A stretch of DNA of 64,000 nucleotides from Podarcis liolepis (lineage: Eukaryota): assembly GCA_965112155.1 (NCBI GenBank), contig OZ218103.1, one strand, 5' to 3'. The notes under the pieces are model-generated. The model had not been told where the DNA came from and ran no database searches. It saw only the letters and a program-made list of their open reading frames with translations. Positions 24,419 through 40,636 of this stretch are shown piece by piece; the stretch's first letter is position 1, and each line of letters starts with the position of its first letter. Position numbers and translations under genes: made by a program.

Positions 24419-27400
24419 AGCATGCATTCATGCATACAGCAGACATCCTATCACCTATGCTGAGAATGGATGTAGCTGCCCTGCCAGTTGAGGGCACTCC
24501 TTTTCTGACATAGTTTTGTAGCCCCCTTTTTCTTAGGAGGAGAGGGTATTTTCCTCACATGCACAGCTATCGTTTGTCTGATTAGGTGGTTGCAGAAGGG
24601 AGGCTTTGTGGCTCTTGGGGCAGGCAAAAGAGCCTTTGGCATCAGTTCACAGTTCCCTCTTAATTGCTCAAAGCTTTGTGGTCTGTGTTACATAGAGTTC
24701 ACAGGACCAGAGTGCAGCTTTACCTAGCCTGTAAAATCTCATTTGCATATTTATTTATTTAGCAAACTTTATATACCACTTGATAATAAATAAAACTTCT
24801 AAGTGGTTTGAAAAATAAAGCAGACATTAAAGTTATCTACAAAATAAATCTGTATCTCTGTCAACTTGTGTGTAGTTATTTTATACTCACAGTAGTCCTT
24901 GATTCTTTCAGCAGCTAAATTTCTAAGGACTTCTTGGTGGCCCCAAGTGGTTATTTGACCTCTTACACCTAATGCAGACGTCTGCTCCCCCCTCCACTCT
25001 CTGCCTCTGGTGCAGTGGTGAAGAGGAAAGCAGAAACAGCAGTTTTCATTTTAAACTAACTATACATTTGTTCTGTCCATTTTGATTAAATAGTTTGAAG
25101 AATATCAGTCTTGGGAGGAAAATCCATCTTCTGATATCACTACAATTGAAATGAAGTGAAGTTTGTGTTTGTGCTTAAATCGTGAGTGATTTCATGGTGG
25201 TTGAGATGCCCAAGTTGTTTTTTAGATTGTCAAAGATGCTTCATAGTTTTGTGCTAGTATAGCAGCTGAAATTCCACTCTAGTTGGTCATGGCAGTAGTG
25301 GAATACTGTAAAGATATTACATAGACGCTCTTCTGAATAAAAAGGAAGCTGTAACAATTAAAGCCCTTGTGAGCCTATTCTTTACTTTGGGCCACTCTCC
25401 GCTTTCTCAGAGGAGAACTGGTTTTTCTGTGTGGCCTCCAATTGTTGATTGCTAACCTTCATGTTATAGCTGATGGCTTGTCTGGTAGTGCTATAGAGTA
25501 CAGTTTGTATTCCTGTGCTTTTCTGACTGAAGGAAATTGTATTTACCAATATATCCCTTTTGGTCTAAAGATCTTCACAATTGTGACTGCTCAACATTTA
25601 CAGTTACTGACTTCTACTGAAGCCTTGAATACTGCCATATAACATGCAATTAATGGGACTTGACAATGCAGTACTTAAAATGTCAGAGGCCAATGAAGCT
25701 CTGCCTTCACAAGAACAAATTCTTTTGCTCCCTGTGGTGGTACCCTTATGGTGATAGCAATGGTAGGTGATGTGATGTGAGGGAAGCCTAATTTAGGCGG
25801 ATAATTTTGAATGCTCTTTCATCCATTTTGGTATTTACTTATTGTGCTTTTTCCATTTTTGAATGTCACAGCACTTCATTAATCCTATTCGTCATGCTTT
25901 TGTTCTGAGGGAAGCATGGCTCCTACACATCAGCTGTGGCAAAGAACACACACCTTTATTGGGCTAGTGAAAACAGCTCAGGGGGCCTGCCAGGCAGGAG
26001 AGGGGGGAAACATGGTAGATTGAATTCAATCAAGCCAATATAAACAGATTATTTTAAATCACCAAAGAAAATAGACTTTCTTTATTTTTTCCTATTGTAG
26101 AAATCAAACTAACTAGTTGCTGTAGCATACTCCTTATAAAGCTAGAAGAATAATCCAAAACAGTTGGGTATTTAGCACACATGCTTTGTGAACTACAGGA
26201 TCATCTCCTTAGGGGCAAATTTGGGCAATTGTGAAATAAACACAATTGTACGTATGCATAGACCCTAAGAAAGAACACTTAAGTAATGGCTAAATTCCAA
26301 ATAACTTTTCAGAGGCTGGGGTTAGTAATTACCAAGCAGATTAGTGTTTCTCTGTGAGGTGAAAAGTAAGAGAATTGTCCAGCAAAACTTAATTCTCATT
26401 TAATTTTATGGAAGAGTAAATCATTGAATTAATACTCTCCCTTTTTTAAGTTAATGGGACTTAAAACTTGGTTGTCCTGTTTAGTTGACATTCTTCAATG
26501 CTCACACTCTGCCACAGTTAATACATACACTACTGCATCAGTATAATTCTTGATCAGAGGCCTCCCCCCTTCTTAAATGGAAAGCAAACTTTAATTCTTT
26601 CTGTTGTAGTAATTAATGGATTCTATTTTAAAAGGTTATGTGAACTTTTGTTTGTATTATAACCAGATTTCATTTTCAGAGACACTAGATTTGAGTTTTA
26701 TACATTCTGAAGACATGTGGAGGATTGGCCTCTACTGGATTTGGCTTTCATTCTTCGTTGCACTAATTCTTTCAACAGTTGAACGGGCCGAAACATTAAA
26801 CTTTGTTCAAGCTGGAATACTTCTCCCTTCGGGTTTCTCATCCAGGATTTGATTTGCTGAGTATCATTCATTGATAAGATCTGAATGCAGTGCAGAGTCT
26901 CTGGTAACTCACCAGCTAAGTATGATAAATTGGTGTTTAGCATGGGAAATACTTTTGAACCTAGTTTTTATTGGTTGGTCTTATCAGTGAAAGTTACAAA
27001 GCTCTATTCTAGGCATTTATTAAATAAGGATTAGACTGAAATAAAGCAAACAGGTTTATGAAGAAGGGAGTTCAGCACAATGAATTGCTTACTAAATCTC
27101 GCTCATAAACATACTTCCTGACATGGTGAACAATGTGCTGTTCCTCTAGGACTTAAAATAGCATTTGACACAGTCTGTAGGGATTGGTTTGTTCAAAGTT
27201 CACTTGTTTTTGTTCCTAGACCTGGGTGAAATCAGAGGGCAAGGTTAAAGTAGGCTCTTGGTAGCACTCTTTTCAGCAAAGGGGGATTAACTTTTTACTA
27301 ACTTACTAACCTATTTTTTACTATTAGGCTTTAGTTAATGACCTCCCTTTTTGTTTTTGAATTGTCACTAGTTATTTTGCTGCTTGACATTAGTGAATTG

Positions 27401-28237
27401 TTTCAGATATGACACTAAGCCATGATGGGAATCCATTAATTTTTGACAAAGACATTGTTAAAGCCTGCATTTGAATATAAGAGAGAGAAATGGGGGGGGG
27501 GGCTGCCATAAATTTTATTATTGAAATAATTTTTGTGCATTATGAAGTTCAGAGCTTAGAAAAGCACCCCTCAGGCCATAATAGTTGAAAGATAAGAGGC
27601 AAGCCTTTTCCATTATATCCCAGACTTCTGTTTTTCCAGTTCTGGTTCTTGGCAATCCTGTTGCTATCATGCTGTTCTTAAGGCCACACAAGCAGCACAT
27701 GGGGCTGGTTTGTTGAAATAATCAAATCACATGGTGAGAACTGTTATGATCCTTGAACTATGTGCTTTGTAGAATTCAGGGCAGGTTCTATATTTTGAAT
27801 CAGTTGGGGTTTTCAGGTTCTGTTCTAGTTTGATGTAACTTTCTTTATGAATTAACTAAACTATAAATGTATAAAACAAGCCTTTTTAATAGAATTGCTA
27901 GATGACATTTTTTTTTATTTGTATCTTGGTGAGTGACAGGGGCTGTCTCAAAAACAACACAGGGAAGTTTTGCAGCAAATATTTGAATTGCCAGTAGTGT
28001 GTGGGGTCCAAGATAATGTCACTCCACTTTGTTTCCTTCTCTCAGCCTCTCTGATTCTGTTTTCTCTTATTGTTGAGCCACTTACTCCTGGGAGGAGGTG
28101 TTCCCTGGAACAAATTATTTGCTTTCTTGAGTCTCAGAAGTACTTGGAAGTTTGACCCACTTGTTCTAGAATTTTCATAATAGTAAGCAAATTGCAGCAG
28201 TAATTCTTTCTTTGCATTCAAATTCACATTTTCAATA

Positions 28238-28479
28238 CAGTGGTACCTCGAGTTAAGTACTTAATTCATTCCAGAGGTCCGTTCTTAACCTGAAACTGTT
28301 CTTAACCTGAAGCACCACTTTAGCTAATGGGGCCTCCTGCTGCTGCCGCGCCGCCAGAGCACAATTTCTGTTCTCATCCTGAAGCAAAGTTCTTAACCTG
28401 AAGCACTATTTCTGGGTTAGCGGAGTGTGTAACCTGAAGCGTATGTAACCTGAAGCATATGTAACCTGAGGTACCACTG
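28238..28479 (+). mobile_element. Tc1/mariner MITE, family A
   Basis: TA|CAGTGGTACCTC ... GAGGTACCACTG|TA; interior homologous to the 6908 copy, same orientation. Confidence 0.9.
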
Positions 28480-29265
28480 TAGTTTTTCCACGGTGCCATT
28501 CTAATATTACATGTTTCTCCTCAGCCTAACGCTACAGATTTTTCTCTTGCTCCCAACCGAGGTGCTGCATGTGTTTAGTGTATCGTAGTTGCAGGTGGTA
28601 CAATCCAAACAGTTCTTTTCTCACAGAAAAGCCAAGGTATTGTAAGAGAACAGGAACCAGGTTTTTCCAAGACGTGTCTTGTGCTGTCAGTTGTGAGCTG
28701 CAGTTCCTGACTGTATGCCATTGTCAAGATGTTCTAAGCCCACAGCTCTTTCCTGGTTTATCTAAATTAATCTAGGGATTTTAATGAGGAATAGCTAGTA
28801 TATTTCGTTTCTTATGATCACATTGGTTTTCATTACACACTTCGAATACATGATTGATTGACTTGAATAGCAGTATTGTTGTTGGCATATGACTTGGCTG
28901 TAGTTTAATGATCTAAATGTTTTAACTGTTCTTAAACCCCTGATGTATCTTTGGGTAACTGGGGGGGGCGGGGAGGATAAAGCTGGTATTCATCAAGAAA
29001 GTAGCATGAAGTTTCTTATGTCTAATGTAACCTTCTAATAGCGCAAGTATATGGGGGCGGGGGGGGATTCACCTTTTGCGCAGAGAAACTGGAATAAAAG
29101 AGCAAGCCTTTCTCCTAATGGGTTTGAATTTTAGCAAGCAACATTCTTCCCTGGATTGCTTAGTTGTTTGTCTTTGTGGAATGTGTGGAGAAGTGAGCCT
29201 GCTTAATAAAATAAATAAAACAAAGTGGTATAACTATGTATGTCTTCTTACCCCTTTGCATTTAG

Positions 29266-29415
<150 letters not shown>

Positions 29416-30149
29416 TAGCTGTTATTTTGAGCATTAACCCTGACCCCAGACTTAAAGGCATTTGCTAACTTTCTTTCTGGCAACCTCATTCAAGATTTTC
29501 AAAAGTATTGCAAAACACTGGAATACATGGCAGTTGGCAGTGCTAGCCTTATAGTTAGGGGTGCATCTCTTAGGAAAAACACCATTCTCTCTCAAAACGT
29601 TGCCACATTCAGCTATGAGCCATAGTGGCTTCCATCTTTTGTACCCTTTCATGGTCTCTTGGAAAGCAAAGCCCCTTTGTATCACCTTTTCCTGTTCAGT
29701 TGCACGTAAAGCTTGAAAGAGTCCTGTAGTATCCCTTGTAGCATCCCTTGTGCATGTATACAATACTAACCTTTTAGTTCTGTCATGTTCTATGGTAGTT
29801 GACATGGATTTAAGAAATTTAATTCCAATTATTTCAGTAGCTCTACTTCAAATATGACTTCGATAAATATCACCCCATGTATTTATGCACTGCTCTACCT
29901 TTACTGTAAAGCATCCTTGTAAGGTGTTTTAAGGACTTGGTATGTTAGAAAGGAAGCCTATTTTTTAATAAATAAAAATCTGCCTGCCAATAATCTTCGA
30001 AGAATGTTGATATCCTGCAGTATTTGAAGCACACACGGTGCCACCTTATGCTAGTATGTATAAGCCAAGAAGTGAAAAATTTGCAACAGGAAACCAGATT
30101 GACCAGGACACTTCCACTGTTTTAAGATGAATGATCAGAATGAAGTTAA

Positions 30150-30407
<258 letters not shown>

Positions 30408-30844
30408 TGAGCTGCTGAAGCTTCCTTCTCCTTTGGGTACCACAAATTATATCCTGTTCATCAGCAAACCCCCTTGGTAGTAGATTAGCTGTGTCAAAAT
30501 GTCAGCAAGCAATGTAAACTTAAAACAAAAACAAAACCTCTCAGGATTGTTTCAGCAGGTGTTGCTAATGATGCCAGTTGCAACTGTCTATGTACTCAGC
30601 CTTGTGAACAACAGCTGATAGTCTATACATAAACAGTCCTTTTTTACCACTTCTGTGTTAGGGACAAATTAAAAGGCCTTTATATTCCTTATATTCCTTT
30701 TCATTTAGGTTGCAGCCTTGACAACTTCCAGCCTTTTCTGACTGCAGTGTTAGGTTGCCAGCATCCTTCACTGACATCCAATCTGACATTCAAGACAGTT
30801 GCCATTACTGATCTTTGCGTTTCTAGACCTTCTCACATATATAA

Positions 30845-31734
<890 letters not shown>

Positions 31735-31756
31735 TAAAACTTTGTTTCAGGTAATT

Positions 31757-31905
31757 ACATAAGAAAAGCCCTGCTTGATCACAGTGGCCAACCAAAGGCC
31801 TATAGCTAGCCCACATTCCAGGCAGCTGGCATTCAGAGGCACACTGCCACTGATGGTGGAGCAAGAACATAGTCATCATGGCTAGCAACCATTGGTGGAA
31901 GCATT
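31757..31905 (-). mobile_element. Old CR1-type 3' fragment
   Basis: acataagaaaagccctgcttgatca...ggcattcagaggcacactgcc...catcatggctag. Confidence 0.5.
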
Positions 31906-32981
31906 ATTTTTGAAAGAAGGACCAAATTACTTAATAAGCAGAAATTTTGAAGCAAAATTCCTCAGCGATGAAATAAGTGCAATCACATTTGAAAGAATTG
32001 TAGTTGGATGTAGTCGATCTTTATGCACATGGTGGCCTTGTGGAAAGATTTTTGGTTCTGTTTGTAAAATCACAATAAAATCATGCTTTATTTGTGGCTC
32101 CATCGGTTAGTCTGCTAGTAGACTTATACTGTACTTTATTAGATCTAAATGTATGGAAGTAGCCATGTTGTATCAGTTGCACTTGCTTCATGTTAGAAAT
32201 TGACACACTGCAAATTATATCTTACTGCAAATGAGTGGTTTAAGTACATAATTATGTGGAAATAAAACACAAAAACTGATGCAGACAAGAGAATGAAGAC
32301 GAATTTACTGTTCTTTCAAAAAAGATTTCTAGCATTTTTCTGTCACTGCTGAATATTGTAAGCTTGTATAACTCTAACCCGTGTGTCAGTTTGTACAGAC
32401 TTCAAGGAGGGAAATACTGTTGCCAACTTCACTGTCCTAATATTTCTGTAAATTCTCTGCATGCCTGAGTTGTTGGGTATTTTGCAAACCCTTGTCAGAG
32501 AGACATTCCATAGCCAGATGGACTCCGTTGAACCTGCTGGGAGAACCTAGATTATGCTAAGAGAGCTTGTTCGGCTTTGCTTTATTATGTTCTATATGCA
32601 TCTCTTATCTAATGAAACTTCTATCACAATTCATTTCTTATGCTGAAAGTGCCACAGGACTTTGTCTTATACTGGCTCTGTTCCTGCATATTCTGCCAAG
32701 AATCCACTCTGATAGACAGTTTAGAACTAGCAAGCTAGCTACAACTGCTATTACATGTATAGTTTCAAGAGCTCCCAAAGCAGATTTTAGATTGTACAGA
32801 AAAAATTGCTTTCATGTAGTCCATTTAATACAATATAATTCTTAACTAGGATGTGCTTTAACTTAGTTACAATTCAGTGACCAGAGAAATCCTCCAGAGA
32901 TCAGTGCCTAGTTATTTATGTGTTGTATAAATATAAAGTCTTTTCAAATAGCCTGGTCACTTAAATATGCTAAACAGATGA

Positions 32982-33281
<300 letters not shown>

Positions 33282-34198
33282 TAACTTCTCCTTTGGAAGT
33301 GTATTTGGTGGCATCCGAAGAGGTACTTTAGGCACATCCAAGGGTTTTGACATGCCCATTGGAACTTCTGACTTCATCCCTTTCAGCAGACCACTGTGTA
33401 TTTTTCTGTTTCAAAAGAGGTTTTTCACATGGGTGTGGAGCTAATGTTTAGGAAAGACATTTTTTGGACATGCAGAACTAGTTCAGTGGTTCTTTGGATC
33501 TAGTCTACTGGATCACACTGTATTTTGTGTTCATTGTCCAGCCACATTCAACCCCTTTTCATGTTTTACCCTCCCTTCTCTCTTCTCCATTCAGTGGTGC
33601 TTAGCTGAAAGAATGGGAAAGTGTATTATGATTCAATACTAGTTAATTCCTGCCCATTTGCAGCTCAAATTGGAGGGGTAAGGTGAAATTCACCCTCCGA
33701 AAATGGGCAGCTGCTTTGGGTAATATGATGGGGATTGCAGCAAAATTACCAGTAGGGTTCTGGAGTGGGCTGCTGCTTCTTTATTATTTTGTTCCTCCCT
33801 GTTGCAACAGCTCCTCTTTCAACCCTGCAGCCATTTTGTTTCCCCCAGAATGCCTTGGGCACATTGTGTGTTCGTGTGTGTGTTTTCGGGGGGGGGGGAG
33901 GAAGATTGGTGGCTCATGGCAGCTGCATTCTTGAGGGTGAACGGCCAGGCTGCTGGGAAAGGAGCTCAGCTTTTTCTGTCACAAAAAAACCTGCCCTGGG
34001 ATCAGTATATTGAAGGGTGGGTTTATAAGTATAATGAAATAAGTAAAGAAAAACCTGCTGCTCATGGTCAGCACCCACCCTCCACAGGCATGGCGGTGAA
34101 TTTCACATGTATCAAATCTGTAAAATGCCACTCCTAAATTTACCACCTATAAATGGGGTTTTTAATTTGTTGGTGCAAATTTGCAAGTTTCAATAATT

Positions 34199-34361
34199 GT
34201 CACATTCATACTCTGTTTAAAGCACATCTCTTTCCCCAAAACAATCCTGGAAAATGCTGTTTGCTCACTACAAAGCTATAATTCCCAATACCCTTAAAAT
34301 AAAGTTCCCAGTCTTCTTTGGGGGGAAGACCTGTGCTTTAAATGTATACTGTGAATGTGCC
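34199..34361. mobile_element. Palindromic MITE-like repeat
   Basis: cacattca...tttaaagcaca / tgtgctttaaa...tgaatgtg long imperfect inverted arms. Confidence 0.6.
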
Positions 34362-34939
34362 TGGTGAACCAGGGGAATGAAACACACTTGTTGGTTTTGA
34401 GCAAGTCACTCTATTGCAGTCTAACCTATCTCTGAGGGTTGTTGTGAAGATCAGAAATAAACAGAGCTATGTTGGAAGAAGGGCAGAATTTCACTGTGGC
34501 AAGGCAGTTGTGATAATAGACAGATATATAGAAAATGAGATTTTCTGAAAGGAGGATGCTGCCTAATGTTCCCTAGCTCTCAGTTATCACACTTCTTGCA
34601 CAAAGTTGAATCATTAAAAAAGAAAAGAAAAGAAAATGGCTCCCCCCCCCCCGTATGTAGATTCTGTTAATTGCCATATAGCTAAATGACTGATCAGAGT
34701 CACTAGAAACTAACTGAATGTTTACACACGATAGAATCATTCACATTAAAAAATAAACTAGGGATTGCTCACTTCATAGTATAATAAGTGGGGGCTCATC
34801 TGTCTTAGATTATCTATTTTTAAGAGAATGTGAGAATTGTCTGTCATATGTCCTTTGCATCTACTAGAAGAATTACTTCCCATGAAATTAATTGCATGAC
34901 TTGTGTCCATTGCTGCCATTATGCTTGCCCAACATATAT

Positions 34940-35130
34940 TTTCTTATGCAACACAGCATCTTGTCCTCTCCCCTGCAGTCCCCTGAGCACCCTCAAAATC
35001 TGATCCGGAGTGTTGGGGGACCCTCCAGAGCAGATTTGGGGTGCATGCAAGAAGAGGAAAGGGGAGTGCTACTGCATGAGCAGAATTGGGGCACATGTGC
35101 AGCATTGGAGTACTGTCAGCAGGACCCAAT
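34940..35130. repeat. Degenerate palindromic repeat family (related copies at ~42395-42580, 53320-53570, 55350-55540)
   Basis: shared core aatctg.tcc.gag ... ctc.agagcagatt and flanking cctctcc / ggagagg arms. Confidence 0.5.
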
Positions 35131-35773
35131 ACCCTTTGACTTGGTGTGCTAGATATACCAGATAAGCATAAATCTGCACTGAAACAATGCCATTGCATTT
35201 TTAAGGGGAAATTCTGCTGTGGTTTTCCCTTCCTAATAAAGTATTAGTATACGCAATGACTTCTCTGTTTCATGTATCTACACTAGCTCAGGAAAAAGCT
35301 TTTTGTTAATAAACTTTGTAGTTACTGTATAGCAAACCTCTTAGCTATTGATTGATTGTTGTTCCAGGTTTTGTTTTGTTTTTAAGATAATCGGCTATAG
35401 ATGAGCATCCCCTATTTCTTTTTCTGTCAGGTCAGTTATGAAAAGGGTAGATTATCCTTACTCTGAGTATACAGCTTGAACCAGTTTTCCAGCTTCCACT
35501 TGAATATGTGCGATAAAATCTAGTACTGGTTCTCTGGAAGTATACCTTGTAGAATTCGTATATTTCTATTTATATGTTAGAAAACCAGGCCAGGTTTGTT
35601 GCTTGGACAACATCGTGCACGATAATAATGGTTTGTGAAGCAATATCAGAGTTCTGATCCCTTAATGGTTATGTGACTTAACAGTTTAATTGCCTAGAAG
35701 TAATCCTTCTTTGTGCCTTAAAGTGAAGTTAGATGTGGCATGCAGTATAAATAGCAGAATATCTTTGAGCTAA

Positions 35774-35902
<129 letters not shown>

Positions 35903-37179
35903 TAATCAACCCCAAAGGATCCTGCAAACCTTTGTCTGTCCTCTTCAGTATGAAGCTTTGGGAAGTTGTAGAGCCTTGCCCATATCTGGTAAGCAAGCAT
36001 CTAAAAATGAAAGCTCACTTTTAATCATGATGACCCTGCGGGATGGTAATAAGGATGGGGGAGGAATAAATAACGCCATAAAAGAGAAAGGTATGGCTGA
36101 GGTAAGGCAGAACCTAAGGCCTTTTCTACTATTTTAGTTCCCACACTGTTGAGCCATGGGGCTTCTCAAGTATAAACTCAAAAGTTGACATGTTCTTCAT
36201 GCAACATTCCTCTGGTTCCCCTTTGCCACATGTTACATTTATAAAGAAGGAGGAATGCATTAATGTCCCACTGACCATTCTCTTTGGCCCGACTATTCTT
36301 CCCTATACTTTGGCTACTCGTAGAAACTGCATGAGCTGCTGCTTGTTCTTTTTTCTCCTTTCCTCCTTCCCCCATGGGTATTTCAGTACCCAGTACTTGG
36401 TACAGACGCATTCAGTGCTAAGTTACCAGTGGTCATGATTTTCAGTATGGTTTAAAAGAAACTGGCTTTTGAGTCAGACGATTGCTCCTTCCAGTTCCTT
36501 ATTCTCTACACTGAGTTACGGTGGCTCTTCATGGTTTCTGATAGGAGTATTTCCCCAGTCCTACCTGCAAATGCCAAGGATTGAACTTGGGACTTTTTAT
36601 TTATTAGATCATTTACTGTTTTGTATAGTTTACCACTGAACTATATTTCACAGTTGAATATAATACGGGGGAGGAACATGTTTCTCTCTCTCCAGAAATC
36701 GAGAGGCGTAGTCCATTAATCACTTTGGCTTACTCACTGATGTGAAGCATTTTATTTTTATTTTGCTAATTACACATATGATGGCTGTAGGAAGATACTA
36801 AGGGTGCTATGTACACCAGGCCTAAATACAGCTAAATTCACCTTTTTTATTTTTTATTTTTTAAATAGAACTATATGTTTACTGGAAGCAGAAGATGTTT
36901 GGGGGGAATCAAGTGTATATTATAAGAATTGGTACTTCTGCTGTTGCTTGAAGACAAGATGCAGAGCTGATTAATATGTGGTCTTCAGGCTGTTATTGAA
37001 CTCTTAACACCTGTCAGCCTTGCCAGAATAGTCAGTGGTCAGAGATGATTGGGACTGTCATCTAGCAACATCTGGAAGGCTGCAGATTAACCACAAATAT
37101 GGAGCTTGGGTGTTAGCCCAGGGAACAATTTAATGTTCTGCTGATTATCCTGTTTTTTTCTCACAGTATTCAGTTCTGA

Positions 37180-37320
<141 letters not shown>

Positions 37321-37489
37321 TGAGTCTGGCACTCAGCTTTGGGAGTTGGGAGTTAAAACCCTCAGAATCAGCCCCCAGCTTCCATATTTTTCCTATTCAG
37401 CTCCTTGTGTTGTGGAGTTGAATACTGCTGTGATCGTATTATCTGGTGGCCGCATAGGGTCATACTGCTGTGGAATTTAGAAACATTGG

Positions 37490-37910
37490 CCACATTAGGG
37501 CATCTCAATAAACCACTCAATGAACTTCGGCATGTCTTCAACTCGCATTCTCCACCCTCTCCTCCTCCTTTATGACTGGGAAGAGGACTTCAGAAGCATT
37601 TGCTTTTGGTTTCAGCTAATTGCAGCTTCCCGTTTAACCCAAAGATCTGGTTTACACTTAGGATAGTTGGTTTACACAAGCCTGTTTCATGAACTATGGC
37701 TTGAAACTGGCTTGTTCTTGCCAGCTATAGTTCCATAAACCACAGTTCCCAGTTCAGATGAAACAGGAAGACTCAGTTAGTTAAAATCAAAAGTATGTGA
37801 ATGCTTCTGAAGTCCTCTGGCCCATGCAGGACAAGGAGAGGCAAGCTCCAGATTTCCCGTGGCTTGTGCACGTTACAGTTTATCGAGACAGCTAAGCAAA
37901 GCCATTGTAT
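37490..37910. repeat. Long imperfect palindromic (MITE-like) element; outer bounds approximate
   Basis: perfect 19-bp inverted repeat AGAGGACTTCAGAAGCATT (37582-37600) / 37800-37818. Confidence 0.55.
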
Positions 37911-37941
37911 TGAGTCAAACATGTATTTTGCATGTGGTTAA

Positions 37942-38181
<240 letters not shown>

Positions 38182-40123
38182 TAGGAACAACTTGTGTTGC
38201 AGCAGAAGATTATGCATCCAATTGTAATGGCTCTCACAGTAATTGCAAGCTGATGATACTAGCAAGTGTTTTCACATCATTAGAAGAGTCTCTACTCTCA
38301 GCTGTATTTGTACAGTAAAATCTGGAAAGAATTTGAGAGGTGATTAGGGCACACATTATGGTTCAAGTGTGCTGAAATTTCCGCAGATAACAGTGCTTCA
38401 ACATGGGTGCTTCCAGCAATGTATGAATAGCACAAGTTGAATTATGTAGATTTTAGGGCTAAACTACATGTGCTGCGGCAGCTTTGTATGCTAACCTGAT
38501 TGGAGCTGCTCTAGTCATGTTAATAGGCCTATGGGGATGGAGGGAGGTCTGATTTTAATGGCAAAATGAGCTCTCTAGTGTGGAGTGGAGAATCTTTGCA
38601 CAGCTCCTATATTTGCAGCTGAACCTCAGTATTGAAGTTACCTTGTCTGGAAGAAAAGCACTTAGGGGGCAGGATTGTGTAAAGCGATATTAGGGAGAGT
38701 TCTGAACTCCTCTTTTTCTTATTAGTGCTTATCTGATTCTTTCCCAACTTTTCATATAGAGAGACAGGAGCAATGGAGCTATTATCCAAATTTTTTTTTA
38801 AAAAAAGATTAGGCTATAATTTGTTTTCTAGTGTTCATATGTGGACAAACTAAACTAGTACAGATGGCTGTCTTAACACATGGCAGAGTTTCCTAACATG
38901 TGTTTCACTGCATTACTAGAGAAACATAGTATACATTTTTATGCCATGCATTCTTAATGTAGTAAAGGTTGCCCCTCTCCTGTGGCAAAAGTTTTCACAT
39001 AGTAGAATGTAGTAAACCATGGCCGCTGCTGTCTGTGAGCAAAACAAACAAACGGCATTTATCTGAGTGATGAGAGTTGAATGGTGACATTTTGCTAAAA
39101 TGAATATTTTAGCTTCCTGTTTTCTTTTTTCATTTTGTTCAAATCTCATAATTCAGAGGATTTATATACTTCAAGTATTTGCTGTTCTGGAATGGTTGGG
39201 AGGATTTTTTTTAAAACTGAGAAATAGTTCTATGATGCCTCTGAAGTTAAAGAGACTGCGTCTGTATTATATTAATATTGACTATAAAGGAGGAAATGCT
39301 ATATTTTACTCTGTGAAGAGAAAAAGACAGCATTTCCATTCCTGCCTATTTGGCTCTGAGAAAGGAGAGGGGAGAAATGCTGCCTTTTCACTCTGCATCT
39401 CTAAAAAGAAGACAGATAGCTTTTATCTCCCAGTCTGAGCACTATGATTTCTGCCTGCGATTCTAAAGAGCAGGCAGCAGAGATTTTGTTTCCTGATCTC
39501 AGAGCTGATTGCCACAGTTCTGAGATCAGGAGATAAAGGGCTATGTCTGCCCTTGGAGATTATTCTCCAAAGAGCAGGTGGAGCGCTGTATTTATTTGTT
39601 GGCTTGTTTATTTATTCCTCCAAGCATTTAAATAAGAAAAAAAAAGCAATATGGTAATATTGCATGAAAGCTAGACAGACAGGATAAAAATAAAAGTATA
39701 TATGTCACAAATAAAACTGAGCATTATACAAATCATGGATTTAAAAATTTAGTAAGGCTCAGGGACCAGAAAAGCTTTGGTAAACTTAAGTTTTATTCTC
39801 AGTGCTAAGCTATAGCTTAAAGCTACAGCTGCAGGAGCTGGTGGGCCACTTCCCACAACTTGCCAGGCTGGATCTGGGCTGTGGGTTAGCCAACCCTCCC
39901 ATAGCAGCAGTGGGAGAAGCAACTAAGGGTGGAGGAAGAGCAAACCTAAAACCAAAATACTACAAAGCTAGTCACTGGTGGCTGTATTACTATAGTTGAG
40001 TATATACAGAAGTCAGCAAACTTTCCAGAATTTCCCATGTGATAAACTGGTCCGAATTCACCCTGTCCATCAGTGAATCAACTGATTGTATATATTTTAA
40101 TTTTTGCATACAGATATCATATA

Positions 40124-40349
40124 CAGTGGTACCTAGGGTTACATACGCTTCGGGTTACAGACTCTGCTAACCCAGAAATAGTACCTCGGGTTAGGAACTT
40201 TGCTTCAGGATGAGAACAGAAATCATGCTCTGGCGGCGCGGCAACAGTGGGAAGCCCCATTAGCTAAAGTGGTGCTTCAGGTTAAGAACAGTTTCAAGTT
40301 AAGAATGGACCTCTGGAACGAATTAAGTACATAACCAGAGGTACCACTG
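40124..40349 (-). mobile_element. Tc1/mariner MITE, family A, inverted relative to the 28238 copy
   Basis: TA|CAGTGGTACCT ... AGGTACCACTG|TA; interior is the reverse complement of the 28238 copy. Confidence 0.9.
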
Positions 40350-40525
40350 TACCACACTTCATGGTCCTTTGGCTGCATTGCTTCCATTTTCTCTCTCTTT
40401 ACGCATGTGTGTGCTTGTGTGTATGTAGAAGTGGGGGGGAAAGAAGACAGAGATGGGCTGTAATCCAACAATGTTTCTCAATAAATCCTGTGTTTTTAAA
40501 ACACTTGTATTTGCTTAGATTTTGA

Positions 40526-40636
<111 letters not shown>

